64,000 nucleotides of DNA from positions 7,404,850 to 7,468,849 of the forward strand of contig NC_134029.1 of assembly GCF_964204645.1 (NCBI RefSeq). The letters are read 5' to 3'. The notes under the pieces are model-generated. The model had not been told where the DNA came from, ran no database searches, and saw only the letters and a list, made by a program, of their open reading frames with translations. Of this stretch, positions 10,766 to 22,455 are shown piece after piece; positions within the stretch are counted from its first letter, which is position 1; each line of letters opens with the position of its first letter. The position numbers and the translations under genes are program-made. The stretch is from Tubulanus polymorphus. Its lineage: Eukaryota > Animalia > Nemertea.

Positions 10766-13700
10766 ATGGCTACGGGAATTATAGAAAGTGGGTTTGGTGG
10801 GCCGATGGATCCTACAAACGCGGAATATCTACAACTTGAAACAAGGGTAGGTTTCAGAATGTTATTTCCCAGTATTTCGTGTTGATAACGGCTCGAGACA
10901 GGCACAATGTACTGTATATATATTTGATATCGATATTAACGTAAATAGTTATCACCTTTGCCTAATTAGTTCATATACATATATATCGCTGGAAACTACG
11001 CAAAATAATTCATGAACAGAATCGTTAATTGATTATGGAATGTGCAGTCATCACAACATAGAAAATGCTTAGTCCGAGAGTCGAGAAAATTGGAAAACTT
11101 GTACCACAGTCTAAGGATCAGTCTAAATTAAATCTTGAGTTAAAACGTTACTGAAAACAGAAATATTTTAAATCTAGTCCACTAAAGAATATATGGAACC
11201 ACTGAAATTGTTCAATATACATTTTATAAGTGGACTTTTTCATTAGATTAATGTCATGAACTCTGTGCAAATTTTTGCTTAGTTTTTCATTCACACGTCG
11301 CAAATTGAAGAAATTCGAATTAATGAATTGCATAGGTTCTATCGTCAGATTATCATAGAACTATTGGGTTAATCTGTACTTTGCACGTTTGTGTGTGGTA
11401 ATCCGACATGCAAACCTAATTTGGTTTAGCTTATAATATACCCGGTATAAGTATTCGTATTCTGATCAGTTCGGTCAAACCTAGATATCACAGCAAAAAT
11501 GAACAGAAAAATGTAAGGGGCTGGTTTCGTAGGCTCGAATGGAACTTTTAACCAGCAGTGAAAAAATATTACGTATAACCGACCATGAAATCGATGGGAT
11601 CGACAAAATCTAAGAATTATTTCCCTTGTATCAGCCATATCTAGTAAATAAAAGACTTAAAAGAAAACTAAATAGATTAAAACCAAGAGCAAATTTTTTA
11701 AGACCGAAAGTATAATCTTCCCTGACACTGTGTTATCATAATCTCGATTTCTCATCTTTATCGTGGTGTTTAGCTTGGTCAGGACACGCTATCCCCGGGA
11801 TTTGCGAGGTATCTGGAGAAGTACTACAAAAAAGCTTCGTCGGCCGACAAAGCGAAATGTCTGGAGCTGTTAACGTCTTTGAATATACAGAAAGAGATTA
11901 GCGACCAAATCAAACAACCTAGACCGCCATCCAGTACGAGATCCAAATCAGCGGTACCTCTCAGCTACAGAGAAAATATAGATACCCAACCCTTGGAAAA
12001 TCTACGTCCTCGATCACCTCCTAAACGACCAAAAACAGCCATGTCATCCGTAGGTAAGATACACACATTAAGATATTGATAAGCTCTAAATCAAACAGAT
12101 GTAATAAGCTTACCTACGGCTCAATACCAGTTAGTTTTCCCACCGAGCTTTCGTGATGAAGATTTGCATAAAACTCGGAATCAATCCAGTAGATTAATGA
12201 AATGTCAACTTAGAAAAAGTACTTTTCGTGTATGGACAAACATGTTGGAATAAATGAAAAACAAAACACTGACATATCATGCATGATATTTCGTTCACAG
12301 AGCAAAAAGTGAATGTTTATTATCAAATCAGGTTATCTTTCAAACGACTAGATTCTAACGAGCAACCAGTACGGTACTCTTTGTATTGAGAAACGAATCT
12401 ACTAACTGGTTTTTTTACGATATCGCGTTGAAAAGAAGAATTGAAAAACTACGTGATTTCGTTTACTATTGATCGGCACGTCAACTGTCGTCTGCGCATT
12501 AGGATTTTCCATATTTATTTCAAATAAGTTGGTTGAATTTTTCAATGAATTGCACGTCGTTCTCCGAGATTTATGAGACAATGACAAAATAACTTTATAC
12601 CTTGAATTCTTAAATAAGGATTTTCTACGATATATCATGTGCATGATTATCATTTTTATATTTCAGGAAAACCTCAGCGTGGAGTATACTTAACAACGTA
12701 CAAACGCGAGTATCCCAATCGCGAACCACCCATAGTGAACGCTGACAGGTACAAACTGATTTCTACCGTGATTTGATAATATCCTTAACACTCCGACGAT
12801 AAAACTCTCTCCATCCAGTCTACGAAGCGTTCATCTGGAACCTTTCTTAAGGGCTAGACAGCGAGTTCTTAAGTTCACTAAAGAAGTAGTCGCGATCTAG
12901 TCTATTTCGATGTCAAATTGCTTTTATTTACGCGCCTAGATTGAAATATTGAAATGAAACCCGACGTGTCAATTCCCACGATTAATCATCAGACGCCATT
13001 CTTACGTGAAGTTTCAGTTAGTTATAGGGTCGCGTGTATTCAAGTAGTTATCAGTTTGTCGGTAGTGTGGGGTGCAACAATTATATTAAAACCAAGGATG
13101 CCAGAAAAGTATGCTGATCTGTTTTTCTTTCATGCAACCAAAGTGCTACGTAGTCCTCAGTCGCCCAGTCATGATTCGCGATTTAATACCAGTCTTAACT
13201 CATCTATTGACTTTGCTGCGATACCTACGATAATATCTGAACTCTGCTAACAACATTTTGTAATGTCGAAGGATCGGTTTGGCTTTTTCGGAATTGTTAT
13301 CGCATTATGTGCTCATTTTTTGGATATTTTTTATGTTTTCAGACCAAAATCTTCGAATGCATTTACGGCGTCTTACGATCTATCCGGACCGCTCGGTACT
13401 ACGACGTACAACGGGCAGTTCTACAAAAAACCTACTAGAAAACAAGAACCGATCCGCACGGGAACCGCTAGCGGCCAGCGCCAGAACAACCCTCATCCCG
13501 CGCAAGTACGACTTTTTAATTCATTACGTTCTCCTCTTTATACTTCTCGTAATAAAAAGCCTCTTGGAAAATTGAAGAAGAAAGTCAATACGAATATGGG
13601 TTTTCGCTCAATCTGTAGGTCTGTAATAATACATAGAAGCACACGGTTTGGATAAACTAATTTCTATATTTCCCATTTTTTGAATTATCAAGTAATCAAA

Positions 13701-16700
13701 TCAACTCAAGTAGCATCACTACAATGAAAAATGCAACAAGTCGGCCCAATATTTGGATCGCTCGCTTTTATTTTGTTGTCTGACAGTTGACGATCACGAA
13801 ATTTCGCCATCATCAATTAAGCGTATCACACGCACCAAATGCGATATGAGCCGACGATGGGTTGACATGTTTATGTTGGCCGTGTACTCTCCTTGTGTTT
13901 CTTGTTACCATGGTCACAAACCGGGGAGGAAGGAAATTAGATTTCACTCGATTATGAGGCCCAATCTAATCTATCATGTTGAACACAGTTAATGTGTCGT
14001 TTCATAGCATAATCAAGCAATGAAACTTACCTAATGGACGGCTATATGAATATTGGACGACAAGCGTTCAGGTTCAGGCCTGTACACGACTCTCACGTGT
14101 ACGAAATATAAAAAGAATATTTACAAAGCGATGTAATCAATGAAAAATAACGATTGGCTTGTATAATTCATAAGACTCGTCATAAAAAAACGGATAAATA
14201 TCGAGTTGGCGTGTCGAATTTAATCTTTAGCAAAAACAATTCTAATTATACTTTTTGCTGAAGCTACCGTAGTCAGTAGTATAAGATAACATAATCAATT
14301 AAAGATACGTAGACAGGCAATTCGGGTTCTCCATATCATTTAGTTTGGAATGAGATGAGAAGAAAACAAAAAAAGAATAAATGACATCGAGAACTTACAA
14401 CACAAAACGAAAAAGCGTGTAATTGAATATTGCCCTGAAAGTTCATAAGCTATTCAATGAATATTCATGTGCTTTAACAGGGCTCCACATAGTTTAGTTT
14501 ATGAGAAATACGTCTTTCAATTAAACTGGTCACAACTCACGGTCTTTATTTCTAATCATATTATAAGAAGCATTATAACAAGAGTCGATAGTTACGCCGT
14601 TACTGTATATTTAGCTATGTTTTATGCCCGTAGTATACAATCCTGTAATGATTAGGGTATACACTCTGACAGGTTATTTCGTAGTCTACAGGTGAATCCA
14701 TGACGAGATTTCAGTATACAAACGCGTTAAGTACGTAATTCGTGAGAAAAAAGTACTGATTTTGTACGCATTTCTTCACGATTAAGCGTAAAATTTAAAT
14801 CACTTTACGAAGACGATATTTTTTCTCTTAATTGCAATTTCATAAATCACGGATTTCTTTCTCATTCAGTCGTTCATGGTATGGCGTTTTCCGCGTAAAA
14901 GTTTCCATAACGTAGGAGAGAATCGGGGCGAGTTGGTGAATGAACTGACGGACGAGGTGATGGATCAGGTTTGTCGTGGAAAGTGTCGCACTACTTACCA
15001 AACCGATTACTTAGGAATACCACAAGGTACGTAAAACATGACTTATTCAGCCAATCATCGCTTCGAAGTTCAAAATATTTCAAATTTTGTGAGGGGGTGA
15101 CTCGAAGACTTCATGAAGCCAGTTTTGGGTGATTTGTAAAATATCTGAGACTATCATTCGTAATTTATAAATGATAATTTTATTTTGTCATATGTGGACA
15201 TCATATGAATTTTTCTTTTGATACACATATGGTACTTTATATTACATGTACATGGCACGGATGTACGGAAAGCCGTTATCGGCTGTAACCCAATGAGGGA
15301 AACATACACCCCGCAGTAGAACAAAACAAAGAAATGAATTTTGATAATAAGAAAATTGAAATATGGAATGGCAGGATGGAAGATGAATGATATGATTGGA
15401 TTGTAGAGCACGAACTTTACTGAGAAATTTTACTTTTATCTTGCTCGCAGGCGTCAAAATGCAAGAGGCAATGAACTTGCCCGAGGATTGGAAGTCTAAA
15501 GTACCTTTCACGTTAGACACGTCCACGCGTTACTCGTATCAGTCGCCAGAGAAAATAGTGCCTCTCCAGGGTAACGTCTCCAGATACGGTTGCAACCGAC
15601 AAAAACATAAATCCGCCTTTGGAACGGGTGAGTTGAAAGCAGAGTAACGAAACAAGAAAACCTCCTATCTTCTCGAAAATATCGGCGATTCCATACAGTT
15701 TCCATTATCCTGAAAGAATTGAATACGATTTGAGTTAGTTTTCTTATGGTGGCTGATTAGGGATATCGTGCATTTTTTGCGAAAGGATTTGCATCCTCAT
15801 AAACATAAAATCACGTCCCATTGATTTATTGTAGTTTTTACGCGGCGTAAAAATAACGTTTTTTTACGTTGTTAAAAAACTTCTTTAAATTCATAGATAA
15901 TGCGTAAAACCAATGAAAAATGAAATTGTTCCTTGTTTTACGTAGTTTTTACGCGGCTACGAAAATTAATGAGCTATGTCCCCAATCAGCCACCATGGTT
16001 TTAGTTGATATGCAGATAACAATTAATTTCCACTCTGTATACTTCGGAAAGAGTAGACTTTTCCGACTTAGCAATTCGACTTTTCGAGTAACCAAGTCGA
16101 AAAGTCGATTTTCAAAGTCGAAAGGTCGACCTAGTTACTCGATTAGACGACTTACTCGAAAAGTCGAAAAGCCGACGTTTTGAACTCAAAATGAAATATT
16201 GTTGAAATAGAAAATTATTTTCATTAAAATGTTACATTATTGGACGATATAACAAACGAAGAAAAATGTAACAGGATAATAGGGCTAAACAAAGAGACTG
16301 AAACAGTCTACTTAGTAGGTCGCATTGCTCTTCTATAGTATAGTTAATGGAATTGAACAGGAATCTATATCATTTTCAGTGCCGACGTGTTCCTCGAGAT
16401 ATTTTCACGTAAACGCGAGAACAACGTACTCCACTGATTACAACGATTCCGTAACACCTGGTGGCGCTGCTGATCTACGGGAAATCAGTAAAACTTTAAA
16501 CAGCGAAATGATTCAAAAGCACGTGAATGATGCTGATCCGAAAGGTAAATATGAAAATCAGAAAAATGCCAGTACGATGGACATGCAATTGTTATTGTGA
16601 AACGCATGTGGGACATATCGTCATCAGTAAGAAATATATTGTTGATTTCAATCGAAAGGATACAAAATCCCTGACAATGACGGATATCATTCCTTCATCA

Positions 16701-17012
16701 ATCTTAAGAATTAATATAGATGCTGATATGACGTATGCAAACACGAGATGAAAAATCTAATCAAGAATTCGAGAAATGATTTGACCAATACGAATTATCA
16801 ATGAATCGCTTTATCTCTGAATATCAACATGTCGTAACTTATCAAACATATCTCTTTTTCCAGAAAAAGATGCGCTAATCGAGGTCATGAATAATATGAA
16901 TCAATCCGCCTCGCGAAGAAGTGCCAGACGCAATGTACCAGCACCAGCAGCGACACCGACTACGCGCGAATTCAACCCATCGTGGCATTCTTCGTGGACT
17001 GGGCCTATGTAA
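10766..17012 (+). CDS. TEX26: Testis-expressed protein 26-like (ciliary/flagellar microtubule-associated protein), 8 exons, ~417 aa
   Basis: Exons 10766-10846, 11774-12053, 12667-12748, 13343-13505, 14870-15026, 15451-15627, 16380-16544, 16864-17012; all GT-AG, total 1254 nt in frame. Motifs PIRTGTASGQRQNNPHP, SFMVWRFP, TTYQTDYLGIPQG, NVSRYGCN..H..A.G.VP resemble TEX26-family proteins. Confidence 0.75.
13904..13917. promoter_or_regulatory. Near-consensus RFX X-box in TEX26-like intron 4
   Basis: GTTACCATGGTCAC vs consensus GTTRCCATGGYAAC (one mismatch). Confidence 0.35.
15746..15996. mobile_element. MITE in TEX26-like intron 6
   Basis: 18-bp TIRs atggtggctgattaggga / tccccaatcagccaccat (1 mismatch); internal direct repeat gtagtttttacgcggc at ~15831 and ~15942. 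Confidence 0.7.
16053..16178. repeat. TCGA-rich degenerate repeat with a perfect 17-bp inverted repeat
   Basis: ttcgacttttcgagtaa (16075-16091) is the exact reverse complement of ttactcgaaaagtcgaa (16152-16168); several aagtcga units between them. Confidence 0.65.
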
Positions 17013-20000
17013 CCAGTTCTAGATTTAGGCGATTACTTTTTAGATTCCGTCACTCATTATCTCGAATATTCATGTACATACATTATACATATTTACAAGT
17101 TTAGCGTACTTTTTGTTAGTTCGCAGTCGAAGCGGGAAAGTAACTGATTTCCTCTTAAAGCCTATCTGGTATAAGTTAGTCAAAAATACTTTGTAAGCTA
17201 CTGCTAGCCCCAAAGCTATTCTGTGATATGTTTCCGTAGCTCCGAAGCCAATGTGAGATTTCAATGTTTTAAATGAACTCGGACGTATATATCTAATACC
17301 ACACTGACGTTCACGCACATTTTTGTTTATGCGACATGTATCACATAATGTAAAATATGTATAGTAGGAAATGAGATATGAAAATATATATATTTATGTA
17401 TACATGTGAAGAATAAGGAGATTCCGTTCTTTTTTGTTTTTAAGTCTCAAATACTTGTTTTTGTCAAACCTATCCTCGATTCATCCGTAGATTGAGTATA
17501 CGTATCTACTTCATTTTATTTCCCGCTTCCAATATTGATTCTTGAGCATTTGTGCAGACGCGTGCGTGACGTCCGCGTAGATGGGTACCCAGAAGAATAT
17601 CATACCCCGCCCCGAGATCCACATCTTCACCCGTTAAGGGATTCGAACTCACTAAGCGAGAGCGAGACCGTTAAGCGAGATCGGGGAGCGATTCCGTGGG
17701 TTGAGAGTATTAAACAACCGCTAAATCAAAACCGAATTGGAATATCAAACTAGGAACCGTCGAAATGAAAGATTCCTAAGTAACTGTCTCGAAGTTAGTT
17801 CAGCGGGTTCAAACCACGAATTCCCGGATCGTTTTGAAAATCGTTGTGAAACATTATCGGTTAACTCCAGCCGCGAACGGCCGCCATGGGTTCACCTGTT
17901 CACGTCAGACAATCTGCCCACTTCCGGGAAAACGGACATGCGCACCGCACGTTAACGATAACTCGTCGGAGTTAACCCCAGATTCAAGAAGTTAATTGGT
18001 GCGAAAATTACTCCGCTTGTCTGGAGATTCTACGTGCGGATAATCTTCAAAGGGGCCGAAATCCGTGCATCTGGCTTCTTTCGTTGTGTGCCACGAGATT
18101 TTTCGGCTGCACCGAACAACAAATAAAACTACGAATATTACGTATATCTGTACGCAAAAACGTATATAGTTTGTAAATGTAATTATGGATCGAAATAACG
18201 AGTTTCGAACATACTAATTGCTTCACGTATACACGACGTATCAACTCTGAAGGATACTTAGGTGCAAAACGAACAAAACGTTTTGTTTGTCTCTCAACTA
18301 GGCCGGTTTGCACTGCGGTGGAAAAGGAAAAAATGATACACTAACACTTATAGTTAGTTGCACTTCTTAAGTAAAATGACGAAAAACTCCACAAACAAAA
18401 CATTTTTGAAAATAACATTGATAATAATTAATAATTGTAAGTTATTCAGCCTAAAATCCACATGAATGCTCGTTGGCTTTACATTATAAAAAACGAACAT
18501 AAATCAGAGAAAACTAAAAATGTATGAACATTCTTTTCATACACGAAAACAAGCATCAAAGGAACCACTTATAGGCCTACAGTGCAATCAATGCTGCATC
18601 GCATATGAGATTTGTCTAGAAACCAATCTAATCAGTTCGGGTGAAATGATTACAGTCGTCATGGCTCACAGAACGTCATTCCTCCCATAAGGTGGAGTGA
18701 TTGCTGACGGAACCTAAGTCATCGTCTTTTCAGTCCTTCTAAAGTGGCAAATGTTATTTTGCAGCGTGGGATGACGCAATTGCATTTTTACTAAGCTGAC
18801 CTTTTGATGCAAATGCCCTATGGCTTATTGACCAATTAACAAAACTGAGTAGTGAGTGACCACAACTCTGCTAACTCAGCTATCATTTTCTGACCTTTCC
18901 ATTCATTTCTAGAAGCATGGATGAAACATATAACTAGACCAAAAAATACGACGAAAGTCGATAAAGTTCGTAGAAGGGAACCGTATTTTGCGTTAACAGC
19001 TTCAAAGGCAAAGGCTCGTCGTAAAGAAATAGTGGCTGCCGATTGGATTAGACCAAAACTAAAATGCAAGCGTTCACTAAGGATCAATGCGTAGCCTCAG
19101 GTGATTTCGCAATACGGTATGGTTTCGCTTTTTGACGATGAACAGCTCCGATGCCGGCCGCCTCCTCCTCATTCATAAAGTATCGATAGGTTAAAAACCG
19201 ATCGAGAAGAAAAAAACAATCCTTGAACGTCTGATGAACTGCGCACGTATATATGTACCATCATCCATCGATCCTGACAGTTTGCAATGGTGTCCGTTTC
19301 CTTGTAGTACGATCACTGGAGTATAGTGCGATCTTATCAAATAGAACGAAGGGTCTGTTGAAAAAAGACGAGATACGCTGGGTTGTTTTTAGTCAGTTAC
19401 ATTGTGAGGTCATAAATGAAATTGGTTTGAAAGGCATATATATTATCAATCTTAGTGAATGGAAATTACATCTATAAACAAATGTTGTTTTTTTTTCACG
19501 TTAGAGCGACAGAATCAAAATACATTTCTTTCGGGCGTATTGCGGCTGATCAAGATGTCATCTAATGAAGAAATAATAATCTAGTTTCCCGCAAGCATTT
19601 TCATTATCACACAAGGTTTAAGGTAGCACGGTTTTGGTTCGCTAATAACCTCTTACATTGCACGTTTCGGTGCAAAAAAATCGAACGATGAACAAATACC
19701 AATTTCACAAACAAATATAATTTTCTTTCCAGACGAATGCTTAGATTTTCTTGGAGATGGTATTTTTATTCCCGAGAAAAGGATCGGCATTCCTATCACA
19801 ATCTTAATAAATTTCACTTATCCTTCGGCAAACATTGAGGGGGTCTAGTGTCTGAGAGGTATTCAGATGTCGGCCAAAAGTTTTTCTTCTCAGACATCAT
19901 TAAATCACATTTCATGGACGAACAACAAAACGATATATTATACTCGATGTTTGTTTCATTTAGAATATTTCCCTTATCATTTTCTTCATTCACGAGTATC

Positions 20001-22249
20001 CCAGGTCGTAACGTTCGCATTCATAATTGCATTGTTACAGACGAGATTCGAAGAAATAGCCAGTCGCGCCATCTGACGTCACAGCCATAAATTAATCTTT
20101 CAGGTGGCAAGTATCTTAGTACTCTTCTTTCATCAGTACCCGCTGAAGCCTGCCAAGAAATTCAATCCGGGTGCATATAATAGTTGTTGGGTAGTGTACC
20201 ATCACGTAGAACGAAGATCTTTCACAGAGCGAACTAGTTGTAACGAGTTAACAGTTCTCCAGAGAGGACAGCGCGTCTCGCTTCGAACATCGGACCCGAG
20301 TTCTAAAGAACAATTACGGAATAACTGCGCATATTCGAGGACTGTCATTAAAATCACGTATGACGTCATGAAACCGTGATCAAATATTGAGAGTTGCGAC
20401 CGAAACTGTGGACGCTGCGAGGATCTGATTTGATCATAAATACGACATCCATCTAATTTGTGCAACGACATAACTATGCGAGTTCTGCCGTGACGCATTG
20501 ACCCCGGTCACCAGCAGCGACTAGCCGCTAACGCGCAACAACTAGGATTTAAAATCCGGCAAATCTCAGTAATCTACAGATAAACATAGATGGGAGTTGT
20601 AACAAACATCAGTGAACGAGGTGAGAATTCATTTATCAATCTTTTCGATCTATCTAAATCCAATGTGCACTAGAATAAACACGCGTAAATTGCGAACATT
20701 TTTAAACTAATTTGAAGTTTATTTAAATATAAGCGATATGTTGATATTTGCAAAATATTGAGTTCATCGCTGTGACTAGGGAGGATGCAGATGTAGTCCT
20801 GCAATACTGATATCATTTTAATCTCTGAAACAGCTGGTTACCGTCGAAAAGAAAAACTTAAAGAAATAACAGACAAGTAACAGTTTGGTGCATTCTTGAA
20901 AAACTTGTTGCTAAGATCAGAAAATAATCTTAACCCATCACAGTTTTATTTGATATTCTGCCGTAGTAAACTATGTACCAGGTGCCTTGCTTTTCTTCCT
21001 ATAAGGATAGCTTGTATCCGATGTTATTCTCGGTGACACGGAAATGCATACCTCGATTCGACAGCTTTTAATGTTGTGCTCCGGTCGTGTGTTGAATTTC
21101 GAACGCGGTTTGAATCATTCTCGACATTTTTGACTGCCAACTCCAGGCGGAATACATTATGCCCGGTAAATCCAATCTATATGTTAATTGTTTCAGAATA
21201 GAGCAGTATTCCGTAGCGAGTTCTAAGTGAACATATATATTCGATATATGTATATAATATACTACCCAAGAGTAGACTTAGTTTAACAACCCGGTAATAA
21301 CTAACGACCGGCAAGACAACACCAATAACATAAATCGCAATTTATAGATCCATGCCCGAAAGCGAATAGATGCCTTTGGTCCTGTTGCGATTGATGTAGC
21401 TTTAAAGCATAAAAAGTACGCTGTAACATTCCATGTTTGATGTATGTTATTCTCGGTAATTTACTACAATGCACGTAACCAGTTTTAGACAATTCTCAAC
21501 ATTTTGTGTTTATTCAAAAACATCGGCTAAGCTAGGGAGAATATCAAATTGAGGCGATTAAAGAAATAAACGAAATTTGCATTTCTAGTCATGTACTAGT
21601 AGCTGTAATATTCTAGAAATAACTATCATCTCGTAGTGAATGGCACATTTTCGTATATTTATATTCGTGTTATATCAGTTATATCATGCATCATTTTAGT
21701 TACAAAATAATGGTTTGTATTTTTCAAAAACTGCTTATTACTGTCAGTATGTGGGCAATATAAATGGAAGTTACTGCTGTCAACAAACCTACGAATGTCA
21801 CTTTATCAGCATCTATCCATTAATTACATGATATTCTAAGTCTATGAAAAGAAAAACTTTCGAAAACATGCTTGCATGTAATTATGCAATTTTGCCCGGG
21901 TTTGCGTACAGTACGTATATATAGCTGTCTGCCAAGTTAAGTATCTAATCGCGTATCACGGTATAATGGGATTCAACTGTTCCTCTGATTACTGCCGATA
22001 ACACCTTAACGAACGCGCGATGATGCTTCAGATACATCTTTCTATGCATCTATCGAACGGCCAGCAGCTCGTCCTGGTATACATTTTATGTTTTAGTCTC
22101 CCTACAGATCGTTCAATGAATCAGTCAAAATCAAGAATACCAACAAAAACGCATTGCGTAATATCGTCGACAATGAGTAATATAGTATATATTGTACAAT
22201 ATCAAGGATTAATGAAGTTATTTCAGATTTGTAAAAAATATCAATATTT

Positions 22250-22455
22250 GAATTGAATTGACCAGCAACCATTCTAGCCCCGATGTAATGATGACGTAGT
22301 TCCCATTCTCTCAAAAATGATTATCCGAATTCATCAGAAGAATAGAATAAGAGTTATTTTGAATATATATTCACTTACGAAATAAATGTCAAAATTCGCG
22401 ATTTTGTTATTTTGAAACGCCAACATTGATGACGTAGTACACATCGACTGACACA
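22250..22455 (+). repeat. Dispersed ~200-bp repeat, copy 1 (copy 2 at ~49205-49425)
   Basis: Both loci share gaattgacc.gc.acca.tctagccc...tgatgac.tagt and ttgttattttgaaa.gccaa.attgatgacgtagt.cacatcgact.aca, with an internal direct repeat of the tgatgacgtagt unit. Confidence 0.7.

Noticed and set aside
16053-16178. CRISPR-like array
   Set aside because: Repeats are irregular with no unique spacers, and the context is eukaryotic with no cas genes.
20590-20620. ATG-containing mini-exon (MGVVTNISER, donor at 20621) as RhoGAP start
   Set aside because: Ends in phase 1, incompatible with the phase-0 acceptors at 28099 and 30650; at most a UTR exon or uORF.
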